DNA of 64,000 bases. Source: Sulfurospirillaceae bacterium (GTDB taxonomy: Bacteria > Campylobacterota > Campylobacteria > Campylobacterales > Sulfurospirillaceae). The notes beneath the pieces were generated by a model. It was not told the origin of the DNA. It did not search any database and was given only the letters and a program-made list of their open reading frames with translations. This document shows, piece by piece, positions 42,936 through 51,602 of this stretch. A program made the position numbers and the translations under genes. Numbering within the stretch: the stretch's first letter is position 1; the number at the start of each line of letters is the position of its first letter. The stretch lies in contig JAWVXD010000006.1 of NCBI GenBank assembly GCA_033723415.1, positions 64,001-128,000 of the forward strand, given 5' to 3'.

Positions 42936-44324
42936 ATGGAAAATTATATAACATCAAAAAATGCTTCAAAAGAATTAAATGTAACAGAACAATATATACG
43001 GTTACTATGCAGAGAAAATAAAATTCATGCTGAGAAGGTTGGTAATTCTTGGTTAATAGAAAAAAATAGTTTTTTAAATTACAAAGAGCATACTATTGTA
43101 ATGGATCAAGATAATGGATTATTAAATAATAAATCTAAGCCTAAAATATTGAGTTTTTTTAGTGGTGCAATGGGACTTGATATTGGGTTAGAAAAAGCAG
43201 GTTTTAAAACAATTTTAGCTTGTGAAGTAGACAAATATTGTAGACAAACAATTCAAAAAAATAAACCCAATATTGCACTTATTGGCGATATAAGAGATTA
43301 TACAGCAAAAGACATATTAAAAGCGGCACGACTTTCAGAAAATGAAGATATAGAATTGATTGTAGGGGGACCTCCTTGTCAAGCTTTTAGTACAGCAGGA
43401 AAAAGACAAGGCTTTGAAGATGAAAGAGGAAATGTATTTTTAACGTTTATTGACAGAGCGATAAAATTAAATCCGAAGTTTCTAGTAATAGAAAATGTAA
43501 GAGGTTTATTATCCGCTCCTTATAAACCTCAAAAGTATTTAAAAAAAGGCATTGGATTGCCACCTAAAACACCAATAGATGAAAAAGGTGGAGCTCTTTT
43601 CTATATTATAAAAAAACTAGAAGATGCAGGATTTGGGGTATCTTTCGAACTTTATAATTCAGCAAATTTTGGTACACCTCAAAAAAGAGAAAGAGTTATA
43701 ATGATATGTAATAGAGATGGTAAAAAGATGCCTTATCTCACTCCTACACATTCTGAAAATGGTGAATTTGGTTTGCCTAAGTGGAAAACATTTAAAGAGG
43801 CTATTAAAAACCTAAAAGTTGATACTCATTCTTATGTTCCTTTCTCTAAAAAGAGGTTATCTTATTATAACTATCTAAAACCAGGTGAATATTGGAAACA
43901 TTTACCAGAAGAAATAAGAGAAGAGGCTATGGGTAAATCTTATTTTCTTGGAGGTGGCAAAACTGGTTTTTACAGACGACTTGATTGGAATAGCCCATCT
44001 CCTACATTAGTAACCCATCCAGCTATGCCTGCAACTTCATTAGCACATCCAAATGAAAATAGACCTATAAGCGTTGAAGAATATAAAAGGATACAAGAAT
44101 TTCCTGACAATTGGGAAATTTGTGGTAATATACTTCAACAGTATAAGCAAATTGGAAATGCTGTTCCTATAGGGGTCGGAAAAGCAATAGGAAAACTAAT
44201 TTTGAACGAACTTAATGGTATAGAACATAAACAATATAAAGGTTTTAAATATTCTAGATATAAAAATACCTGTGATATTTTATGGAGAGAATCCTACTTA
44301 AAAAAGATTCAATCATCACTCTAG
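42936..44324 (+). CDS. C5-cytosine DNA methyltransferase with N-terminal HTH
   Basis: FFSGAMG, GGPPCQAFS, ENVRG, QKRER, IGNAV; N-terminal excisionase-like HTH. The upstream ATG at 42897 lies inside a TGnTATGAT -10, so 42936 is preferred. Confidence 0.93.
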   Translation: MENYITSKNASKELNVTEQYIRLLCRENKIHAEKVGNSWLIEKNSFLNYKEHTIVMDQDNGLLNNKSKPKILSFFSGAMGLDIGLEKAGFKTILACEVDKYCRQTIQKNKPNIALIGDIRDYTAKDILKAARLSENEDIELIVGGPPCQAFSTAGKRQGFEDERGNVFLTFIDRAIKLNPKFLVIENVRGLLSAPYKPQKYLKKGIGLPPKTPIDEKGGALFYIIKKLEDAGFGVSFELYNSANFGTPQKRERVIMICNRDGKKMPYLTPTHSENGEFGLPKWKTFKEAIKNLKVDTHSYVPFSKKRLSYYNYLKPGEYWKHLPEEIREEAMGKSYFLGGGKTGFYRRLDWNSPSPTLVTHPAMPATSLAHPNENRPISVEEYKRIQEFPDNWEICGNILQQYKQIGNAVPIGVGKAIGKLILNELNGIEHKQYKGFKYSRYKNTCDILWRESYLKKIQSSL

Positions 44325-45095
44325 AAAAGAGACAAATTCTCTTTCTAAGTCTAATATTAAATTCCTGGCTTGATCACAAATAATATTGTAAGGAATAGCT
44401 ATTCTATTCCAAAAATCTTCTCCCGCTACTCTTGGTATGTTAGTATTTGAAAATGTCCAACTACTGTTATTGTTGAAGGCCGCACAAAAAACCGGATTCT
44501 GATGAATGCTAAGTTCTTGAACACTTCTAGATACTTGAGAACCAGTTAAAGTATTTTTTTGAGTTTTCAATTGAATATACTCTATAATATTTGTATTTAT
44601 ATTTAAAATTATTACGTCTATTCCTTTTATTTTTATATTGAATTCACTTTCTGGATTAATTGCATATGGACTTATATTAGCTATTGTTTCCCATAATGCT
44701 CCTGCGTCAGTACTGATAGTTCTAGTAACCTTATTTGAAAATGTTAATTTTACAGCACCTGCCATTTCATATATATTCTTTGAAGAATTCACTAATTCAG
44801 TTGTCACTGGAAAACTATTTTTTAACTTAATTACTTCTTTTTCTTTAAAAATGTCTATTTTAGTGATAATTTCATTTGTTAAATTTTGAGTTTCTAAAAT
44901 ACTACCATTGGTCAAATTTGTATCTTCTACAACTTTTCTATTTATATAATCTACAATAAAAGTATTTATTACATTTGATTTTGCACGTGCTTTTTCAATT
45001 TCATCAACTATAGTGTCATAATTTTGTATTTCTTGTAAAATTAATTCTTTTTTTCTTTGACGCGTTTCATTTATAAAACTATTTACATTAATCAC
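44316..45095 (-). CDS. probable type II restriction endonuclease (PD-(D/E)xK)
   Basis: convergent with the MTase; GALWE..GID..QLKTQKNT catalytic pattern. Confidence 0.75.
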   Translation of the reverse strand: MINVNSFINETRQRKKELILQEIQNYDTIVDEIEKARAKSNVINTFIVDYINRKVVEDTNLTNGSILETQNLTNEIITKIDIFKEKEVIKLKNSFPVTTELVNSSKNIYEMAGAVKLTFSNKVTRTISTDAGALWETIANISPYAINPESEFNIKIKGIDVIILNINTNIIEYIQLKTQKNTLTGSQVSRSVQELSIHQNPVFCAAFNNNSSWTFSNTNIPRVAGEDFWNRIAIPYNIICDQARNLILDLEREFVSFLE

Positions 45096-45134
45096 TAATC
45101 ATCCTTTTTTTCCTTTTTTTCTTTTATAATGTTT

Positions 45135-45827
45135 TTAAGAAAATCTAACTTTTTCTACTTTTTTTCTGATTACAACTGTTCCCGCTATCTTATCATGCCA
45201 AGCTTGTTTTTTATCGTCAAATGCTATCCAAATAAATCCCATAAATGCACATATTGTTGATACAAAATAGCCTATATATCTTATAAATGATTGTGTAGCT
45301 GTTAGATATTCTCCTGTATTTTCGTCTACTACATACATTTTCATTATAAGTTTTCCTGGTGTTCCTCCTAGTTTCATCCAAAATATTATTGTTATAAATA
45401 TTGGTAAGACCCATTCAAAAAATATATTGTTTATTATGCTTTTATTTAACATCATTGCTATTGCTTCTGCTATTGAAATTGGAACTATGACTATCAATAT
45501 GTCCATCATTGTTGCTAAAAATCTATCTAAAAATGTTGCATATTCAAAATCATCATTTTTATATTGCTTCTTATTTTCTGCTTTTTCTTTTGATCTTTCA
45601 ATTTTGATTTTTTGATTTTCGACAGTTTGTGGTTCATGATTTTTTAAAAGCTCTTGTTTTGTTTTTTCTATCTCTTCTAATCTTTTGTGTTTTTCTTCAA
45701 CTTGTTTTTCAAATGCTTGTAAATCTTCTTTATTTTGATTTGGATTATTTATGAAGTTTTTATAATTTCTAAGATTACCGTCTTCTACATTCAATAAATC
45801 TAGCGTGTTATCTTTTTTGAAAAACAT
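45135..45827 (-). CDS. RDD-family membrane protein with N-terminal coiled coil
   Basis: ATFLDRFLATMMD, GTPGKLIM, QAWHDKIAGTVV. Confidence 0.88.
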   Translation of the reverse strand: MFFKKDNTLDLLNVEDGNLRNYKNFINNPNQNKEDLQAFEKQVEEKHKRLEEIEKTKQELLKNHEPQTVENQKIKIERSKEKAENKKQYKNDDFEYATFLDRFLATMMDILIVIVPISIAEAIAMMLNKSIINNIFFEWVLPIFITIIFWMKLGGTPGKLIMKMYVVDENTGEYLTATQSFIRYIGYFVSTICAFMGFIWIAFDDKKQAWHDKIAGTVVIRKKVEKVRFS

Positions 45828-45855
45828 ATAGCACCCTTTATATGTGAGCTTTTAT

Positions 45856-46056
45856 TTACTTCAATTTTAATTTACTTGATTTTGCTTTGTCTTTGATTGC
45901 TTCTAATTTTTCTAAATGTCTTTTTACTTCGTCTATTTGTTCATCAAGAGCTAGACCTTGATTTATTAGTCTGATAAGTTCTGGTTTTTCTTTTTCCCAG
46001 TTTGTAAGTGTATTTCTTGTTACATTTAGCATTTCTGCTAATTCTTGTCTATTCAT
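45856..46056 (-). CDS. HTH repressor of the inovirus
   Basis: MNRQELAEMLNVTRNTLTNWEK; AGAGG SD before ATG 46056; divergent from the structural operon. Confidence 0.8.
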   Translation of the reverse strand: MNRQELAEMLNVTRNTLTNWEKEKPELIRLINQGLALDEQIDEVKRHLEKLEAIKDKAKSSKLKLK

Positions 46057-46066
46057 TTTTCCTCTT

Positions 46067-46152
46067 TTTGCATAATTATTGTGCAAATTAATATACTTTT
46101 AAGTTTTATTTGTTTATCATTTCAATATGTATTTGCACAATTATTGTGCAAA
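46067..46152. promoter_or_regulatory. two 21-bp palindromic operators
   Basis: TTTGCATAATTATTGTGCAAA (46067-46087) and TTTGCACAATTATTGTGCAAA (46132-46152). Confidence 0.8.
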
Positions 46153-46287
46153 GTTCTTTTTCTCTTTTGTATTGTAAAAATCAATACATTAATTATATCC
46201 AAAAACGCATTTTTATCCAGTTTTAAACTGGGCGAAATTGTATTTTTCTTAATAAACGGTTTCTTGGCTGAGTATCCATAACTGCTT

Positions 46288-46335
46288 CGAGAGGGCAAAG
46301 GTAGCACTCCCTCTCGTTCTTGTTAAATGTGCTAC
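46288..46335 (+). ncRNA. H-type pseudoknot in the leader of the inovirus core operon
   Basis: S1 cgagaggg/ccctctcg; S2 gtagcac (in the loop)/gtgctac. Confidence 0.55.
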
Positions 46336-46357
46336 ATACTTTTAAAAAGGTGCTCCA

Positions 46358-47176
46358 ATGCAAAATATCATCAAACAAGCTTATCAAGCTGAAGTCCTCA
46401 TCCGTAAAGTCGAAATGTGTACCGTTGGTACTCGTTATCCGTTTAAAGACCAAGTCGTCATCACTTGTGAAAATACATATCAAGTTCCTGACTTTGACTT
46501 CTTTACCTATTCGCAACGCATAGATATCTGCGTATTGTGTGAAAACCGTATCGAAGCTTTGAAACTCTCACGCTCTCTTAACGACTATTTCAAACAAGAG
46601 TATATGCTTCCTCTTCATGTTGGCGTTTTTCAAAAGCCTTTCACAAAAGATAACCAAAAATCTCGTAAACATTTCGCTTATGCGACTGTCTCTGCAAAAG
46701 ATTTGCTTTCTTATCTTCCTGAACTGTTGAAAGACAAAAAGAATGCTTATGTTGCTGGTGCAACAAATGTTGAATCTAGCTCTTTGTTCAATGGTTTTGA
46801 CCTTACATATCAAATAGCAGATTATCGAATGGAGCATTTCTTTATGGAAGAAGATTTTGACGGTAAACCTCTCGATACTCCTTTCTATAGATTGTCTCTT
46901 TATACATCAACGATCATTGAAAATATAGACGATAAAACGCAAGATGTCACGCAAAATGAGGAATTGCTTGTTTTTGAGATTATGGGTGAGTCTAAAAGTG
47001 AAATTATCTCTCTAGCCCAAAAATTGAATCAACAACTTAAAGAGAAAAAGGACATTTTTACATGTAAAGGTGCGTTTCCACGTCTAGAGCGTGATTTCTA
47101 CCGTGTGAAACTCGATAAATCAGCAAGTCAGCTTTTAGAGCTTTTCAATAAAACAGATATCAAAAAGGCTTCATGA
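46358..47176 (+). CDS. inovirus soluble protein with two repeated domains, in the position of ssDNA-binding pV
   Basis: first gene of the core operon, no TM; internal repeat visible by eye; function inferred from position only. Confidence 0.6.
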   Translation: MQNIIKQAYQAEVLIRKVEMCTVGTRYPFKDQVVITCENTYQVPDFDFFTYSQRIDICVLCENRIEALKLSRSLNDYFKQEYMLPLHVGVFQKPFTKDNQKSRKHFAYATVSAKDLLSYLPELLKDKKNAYVAGATNVESSSLFNGFDLTYQIADYRMEHFFMEEDFDGKPLDTPFYRLSLYTSTIIENIDDKTQDVTQNEELLVFEIMGESKSEIISLAQKLNQQLKEKKDIFTCKGAFPRLERDFYRVKLDKSASQLLELFNKTDIKKAS

Positions 47177-47334
47177 TGACAACTCCTCAATTTGCTGAAC
47201 TCATCAGAACTGTTGCTTATATCTTTGCAGGTATTGGCTTTGTTTCTGGTTTTGTCTTTTATCAAATGGGCGAAATGGTTGCTATTTTAGTTAATCGTAA
47301 GAAAAAAGAAAAGCTCGACAATTCGGCTTCATAA
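47173..47334 (+). CDS. 53-aa single-TM protein (minor coat candidate)
   Basis: MMTTPQFAELIRTVAYIFAGIGFVSGFVFYQ..; ATGA-coupled to the previous gene. Confidence 0.65.
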   Translation: MMTTPQFAELIRTVAYIFAGIGFVSGFVFYQMGEMVAILVNRKKKEKLDNSAS

Positions 47335-47410
47335 CTCCTACAAAAGGCATTTTTATAAGTGCCTTTGATAGGGGCTAGGTTAGCCCACTTCTTTAAAAAG
47401 GGGGTTTGAT

Positions 47411-47710
47411 ATGGGTTTATTAACTTCTGTCAAATCTGGTGTTTCTAAATGTGTTGGAGCTGTTGTTAAAGCTTCTCATGAGTTGAAAGTTCAAACTCTT
47501 GGTCTTATGGCTGGTCTTGCTGTAATGTTTTCTAGTTCTCCCGTCAAAGCGGATGATGTTACTGACTTTTTGACAGCAATGCAAACGTACATTACAACCA
47601 CAGTTTCTGCGATTTCGGTTTCTTTGACGACTATTCTTACATCGTCTTTTGGTTTGATTATGATCGGTATTGCTTTTGGCTGGCTTGTTCACGCTATCAA
47701 GAAAAAATAG
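47411..47710 (+). CDS. major coat protein precursor (pVIII-like)
   Basis: leader ending PVKA, acidic DDVTD, hydrophobic helix, basic IKKK C-terminus; terminator follows. Confidence 0.85.
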   Translation: MGLLTSVKSGVSKCVGAVVKASHELKVQTLGLMAGLAVMFSSSPVKADDVTDFLTAMQTYITTTVSAISVSLTTILTSSFGLIMIGIAFGWLVHAIKKK

Positions 47711-47714
47711 CATT

Positions 47715-47739
47715 GAAGCCCTTAATTGGGCTTCCTTTT
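47715..47739 (+). terminator. intrinsic terminator after the major coat gene
   Basis: gaagccc-ttaatt-gggcttc-ctttt. Confidence 0.75.
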
Positions 47740-47752
47740 AAGGGGTTTTATT

Positions 47753-47857
47753 ATGATTGATTTGTCTTTGGCTTTTACTGTTGTTTCTAGCCTTTTTGCT
47801 CTTAGTCTGCTTTATATTGCTTTTGGTGATATGGTTGACGGTATTCGTAGAAAATAA
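47753..47857 (+). CDS. 34-aa single-TM protein (pVII/pIX-like)
   Basis: MIDLSLAFTVVSSLFALSLLYIAFGDMVDGIRRK*; AAGGGG SD. Confidence 0.65.
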   Translation: MIDLSLAFTVVSSLFALSLLYIAFGDMVDGIRRK

Positions 47858-47861
47858 TATT

Positions 47862-48017
47862 ATGAAAACTTTAGTTCTTATAATATTGTCTTTTACTTCT
47901 TTGTTTGCTACTTCTGCAAGCGATGTTGGTTTGACTGTCAATGATTTTAATTTTCTTTATGGTTTGTTAGGTATTTTTGCTTCTTATTGCCTTTTTTGGA
48001 TTGTACCGAAGTCATGA
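47862..48017 (+). CDS. 51-aa signal peptide plus TM protein (minor coat candidate)
   Basis: MKTLVLIILSFTSLFA..FNFLYGLLGIFASYCLFW. Confidence 0.65.
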   Translation: MKTLVLIILSFTSLFATSASDVGLTVNDFNFLYGLLGIFASYCLFWIVPKS

Positions 48018-48223
48018 AAAAAGTAATCCTTTCTCTTCTTATTTTTGTATCTCTTGCTAATGCTTCTTTAGTGACTGTTCCAATCATTGCTATAAGCGAT
48101 AATTCTGCTTGTAATTATTTCTTTTCTCTTGGTTTCTTTTTATTCTTGTTTTTTGCTCCTGTAAAAATGGTACTTCAAATCTTGTGGGATTATGCATCAC
48201 ATCGTAAAACAAAAGGTCGTTAA
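48014..48223 (+). CDS. 69-aa signal peptide plus TM protein (minor coat candidate)
   Basis: MKKVILSLLIFVSLANA..YFFSLGFFLFLFFAP; ATGA-coupled. Confidence 0.65.
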   Translation: MKKVILSLLIFVSLANASLVTVPIIAISDNSACNYFFSLGFFLFLFFAPVKMVLQILWDYASHRKTKGR

Positions 48224-48224
48224 A

Positions 48225-49397
48225 ATGAAAAGTGCTATCTTCTTATTATGTTTCTTGTCTGTCTTTGTATCTGCTAAAGATATCTATTTTCAAGGTGGTA
48301 AAATGAGCCTTGATGAACTTGCAACTACTGTTTCAATCGAAACAAAAAAAGATATTATTATCTCTCAATCTCTTAAAGATAAAATCGTTATTTTGCGTGT
48401 TAATAAGATCATACCTACTTCCAAACTGTTTTCTTATTTTAAAGCTCTTATTCAAGCCAATGGATTTGCATTAAATAAAGACCATAATTTCTATATTGTG
48501 TCTCTGGTTACTGACCTTGTTTATTATTCGCATCGTTTTAAATATCGTAATGCTGTAGATTTTACCGTTTTTGCTAAAAAGTTCAAAGAGAGTTGTTCTC
48601 TTGGTAAAAATTTACTTGTTTGTGATTTATTGCCTAAAGATTATAAAATCGTTTCAAAAATGGTTGCTTCTTTTGATATCCCAAAACCGATAAATCCTTT
48701 TTTAAATAAAACTGTTCAGATTGATATGAAAATTCTTGAGAGTAATTATGATGATCTTCTTACTCTTCAATCTTCTTTGACTTCTTCTGTTCAAAATTCA
48801 AATGTTCAAAACACACTTACTTTAAACAATAGTTTGAATTTTGCTCTTAATCTTTTTTTACATGGTGCAACGGTTGCAAATACTGCATCACTCAATTATG
48901 TTTTTGATTATCTTCAAAAGCATGGTTTTTCAACTGTTACAAATGAGCCAAATATTATTGTCACAAATGGTTATACGACTTCTATCGTTACTGGTGGGAA
49001 TCAACGTGTAATCGCTTCTCAAACAAAAAGTTCAGATTTGACTGCAACAACAACAACTTACACCGATTTTACGAGTGGTTTACAACTTCGTGTTAAAGCA
49101 ACTATCCTTGATGCTAATTCAACAAAACTTGATATTTCTTTTCAAAATAATGACGTTGTTGGCGGTACTGCTGAACTTCCTATCTCTTCGACTCAATCTT
49201 ATCAAACGTCTATTGTTGTTAAAACGAATCAAACTATTGTCCTTGGTGGTGTTCTTTATAACAAAATTTCTAAACAAAAATATAAAGTTCCTTTTCTTGG
49301 TGATATTCCAATTATCGGACTTCCTTTCAATGGTGTTTCAAATGAAAAAACAAAAAAGGTATTGACTATTTTTTTAACGCTAAAGGCTTTCAAATGA
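48225..49397 (+). CDS. phage secretin (pIV/GspD-like)
   Basis: signal peptide, EPNIIVTNG, SGLQLRV, QTIVLGG, KVPFLGDIPIIGLPF. Confidence 0.9.
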   Translation: MKSAIFLLCFLSVFVSAKDIYFQGGKMSLDELATTVSIETKKDIIISQSLKDKIVILRVNKIIPTSKLFSYFKALIQANGFALNKDHNFYIVSLVTDLVYYSHRFKYRNAVDFTVFAKKFKESCSLGKNLLVCDLLPKDYKIVSKMVASFDIPKPINPFLNKTVQIDMKILESNYDDLLTLQSSLTSSVQNSNVQNTLTLNNSLNFALNLFLHGATVANTASLNYVFDYLQKHGFSTVTNEPNIIVTNGYTTSIVTGGNQRVIASQTKSSDLTATTTTYTDFTSGLQLRVKATILDANSTKLDISFQNNDVVGGTAELPISSTQSYQTSIVVKTNQTIVLGGVLYNKISKQKYKVPFLGDIPIIGLPFNGVSNEKTKKVLTIFLTLKAFK

Positions 49398-49461
49398 TCT
49401 ATTGTCTTTATTCAGATGATTTCATCAAATTTGCAATCAATATAAAAATTGAGATAAAAAA

Positions 49462-51111
49462 ATGAAAAAAATAATATTACTATTATTAACTGTTTATTCT
49501 TTTTCTTCTGCTACTACTGTTGTAATCAATGGTGCTACTTTTACAACAACTTCAGCAACTTCTCTCAGCCAGGGCGATGTTATTCAGCTGTCTGACGGTC
49601 GTTATAAAACTGTTGGTGTTGTTACCCCTCAGTACCCTTCTTCTCGGGGGGATTATTGTGCTTATGTTCCTTATATAAATCAAGTCCTTTTTAACGATAA
49701 CACGGGTAATTTTTCCGTTACAACTTACATTGAATTGGGTGCTCAGCCGTGTTCTTGGTCTTATTCTCATTATTCTTATGCTCCTGGTACTTCTACTACT
49801 GGCTGTCCTTCTGGTCAGACTGTTATAAATGGTGTTTGTTCTGCTCCCCCTACTCCTACCTGTGATGCTGTCAATACTTATCCTGACGGTAATGGTGGTT
49901 GTGTTGATTGTAGCTCTTTTACTTCTTTGACTTCTGTTGCAAATTGTATGTGTCAACATAGTATCCTTGACGGTTCTGGTGGTTATACTCAAACTCCTTC
50001 TGTCACTACTTTACAAACAATAAACAATATTAAGTATGAGGTTGCAACGGTTTCATGTGATAATTCTGCTCTTCAAGTGACTGCTTATAGTGAAGTAAAT
50101 GCTAGTAAACCTCCTATAAATGAATGTTTTATCCAAAATGTGTATTATAAATATCAACCTAGTGGTTATGTATATGTTGGTGTTGTTAGTAATGACGCTG
50201 AATGTCAACAATATAAAGACGGTGTTAATTATCTAAATGCTCAAACTCATCCCGTTTTTGATAATTGTCCGACTGATAAAACACTTTTTTGTTATTTAAA
50301 ACCTGCTTTGGACAACAATAATACTGGTATTACTCCCGTTTCTGATATGAATTTCTCTAATGGTACGGTTTTGGCAGATACAAATTTAAGTGCTGTTGAT
50401 TCTTCTACTATTTCTCATAATAATTATGATTTTAACTCAACTTCTCAAACAAATGCTGTTGCAACTGCAATGGCTGATGATGTTAAAAATTTTGTCTTGA
50501 CTGCTAAACAACAACTCGACGCTTCAAATGGTTTTCACCAATGGTATAAAGATGCACATGGTAATTGGGTTGCCTATAAGACTCAAGCTGATTCAAATCA
50601 ACTCTCTGCAACTCAAGCAACGACTAGTGCTGTCAATTCTGTAAAGTCTAGTGTTGATTCATTACATACTGATGTCAATAATTTAATTAATCATACTCCA
50701 GTTGATTCTTCTGGTGCTGATCTTTCTAATGTTGCTAATATCATAAATTCTTTGCATGATTTTAACGTTTCTACTTCTCAGGATGACGGTAATCTTTCAA
50801 AGCCTATGTCTACTGACGATCAAAAGTCTTTTGTTGCTTCTGCTTATAATGATTTTGGAACTCGTGCTACTGATGCTTTGACTTCTGCTTTTAACAGTAT
50901 AAATTATAGTTTTATTAGTGATTATTCCATTCCTAGTTATGATTTTGTTGATTATGATTTGCCCACTATTAGTTTGCTTGGTATGACTTTTAGTGGACAT
51001 TTGATGAATGCTTCATTTCTTAATTCTCTTGATTTTTCACTTGCTAGATTTGCTCTTTTGATTGCTTGTCTTCTCTGGTGTTTATCATATATTATGCATA
51101 AGGCTTTCTAA
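49462..51111 (+). CDS. pIII-like adsorption protein
   Basis: signal peptide, Cys-rich N-terminal domains, S/T/D/N-rich stalk, C-terminal TM; precedes pVI and zot. Confidence 0.8.
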   Translation: MKKIILLLLTVYSFSSATTVVINGATFTTTSATSLSQGDVIQLSDGRYKTVGVVTPQYPSSRGDYCAYVPYINQVLFNDNTGNFSVTTYIELGAQPCSWSYSHYSYAPGTSTTGCPSGQTVINGVCSAPPTPTCDAVNTYPDGNGGCVDCSSFTSLTSVANCMCQHSILDGSGGYTQTPSVTTLQTINNIKYEVATVSCDNSALQVTAYSEVNASKPPINECFIQNVYYKYQPSGYVYVGVVSNDAECQQYKDGVNYLNAQTHPVFDNCPTDKTLFCYLKPALDNNNTGITPVSDMNFSNGTVLADTNLSAVDSSTISHNNYDFNSTSQTNAVATAMADDVKNFVLTAKQQLDASNGFHQWYKDAHGNWVAYKTQADSNQLSATQATTSAVNSVKSSVDSLHTDVNNLINHTPVDSSGADLSNVANIINSLHDFNVSTSQDDGNLSKPMSTDDQKSFVASAYNDFGTRATDALTSAFNSINYSFISDYSIPSYDFVDYDLPTISLLGMTFSGHLMNASFLNSLDFSLARFALLIACLLWCLSYIMHKAF

Positions 51112-51596
51112 TGGCTCTTTTAATTGATGCTCTTATCTCTTTTGTAGGTCTTTTTCGAGGTCTTTTTATCGGCGGTGGTCTTGTAGCTCGTATTTTCACT
51201 TGGCTTACTTCTGGTATTGGTGGAATAATTACTTTATTGACAACAATCGGTGCTAAGATTTTCGGTGGTTGGCAACTCTTTGGCATGATGTGGTCTTTGG
51301 TTTCTTCTTATGCTGCCATTGAGCTTATACGTCGTATTCTTCTTGTTTCTTTTGTTTCTGTAGTTATGGGTGCTGTTATTAATTATGCATTAACTCATGT
51401 CATCATTTATCAGGGCGAAACTGTTCATTCTCTCTTTATTTCTTTGATCTCGTCTGTTGATGCTCTTGGTCCTTTAGGTCATAACTTCCTAGTTTTTTGT
51501 TATAAATTTGGTATCTTTACTGATCTCCAAATTATTATTACTGTGATGTTTTACACTCTTATTGCTCGTATTACATTACATATACTTTTTAAGTAG
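51111..51596 (+). CDS. pVI-like hydrophobic protein
   Basis: multi-TM, between pIII and zot. Confidence 0.7.
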   Translation: MALLIDALISFVGLFRGLFIGGGLVARIFTWLTSGIGGIITLLTTIGAKIFGGWQLFGMMWSLVSSYAAIELIRRILLVSFVSVVMGAVINYALTHVIIYQGETVHSLFISLISSVDALGPLGHNFLVFCYKFGIFTDLQIIITVMFYTLIARITLHILFK

Positions 51597-51602
51597 TTTG
51601 TC

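Noticed and set aside
49462..51111. diversity-generating retroelement or invertible cassette acting on pIII
   Set aside because: No reverse transcriptase, template repeat or invertase seen in the window.
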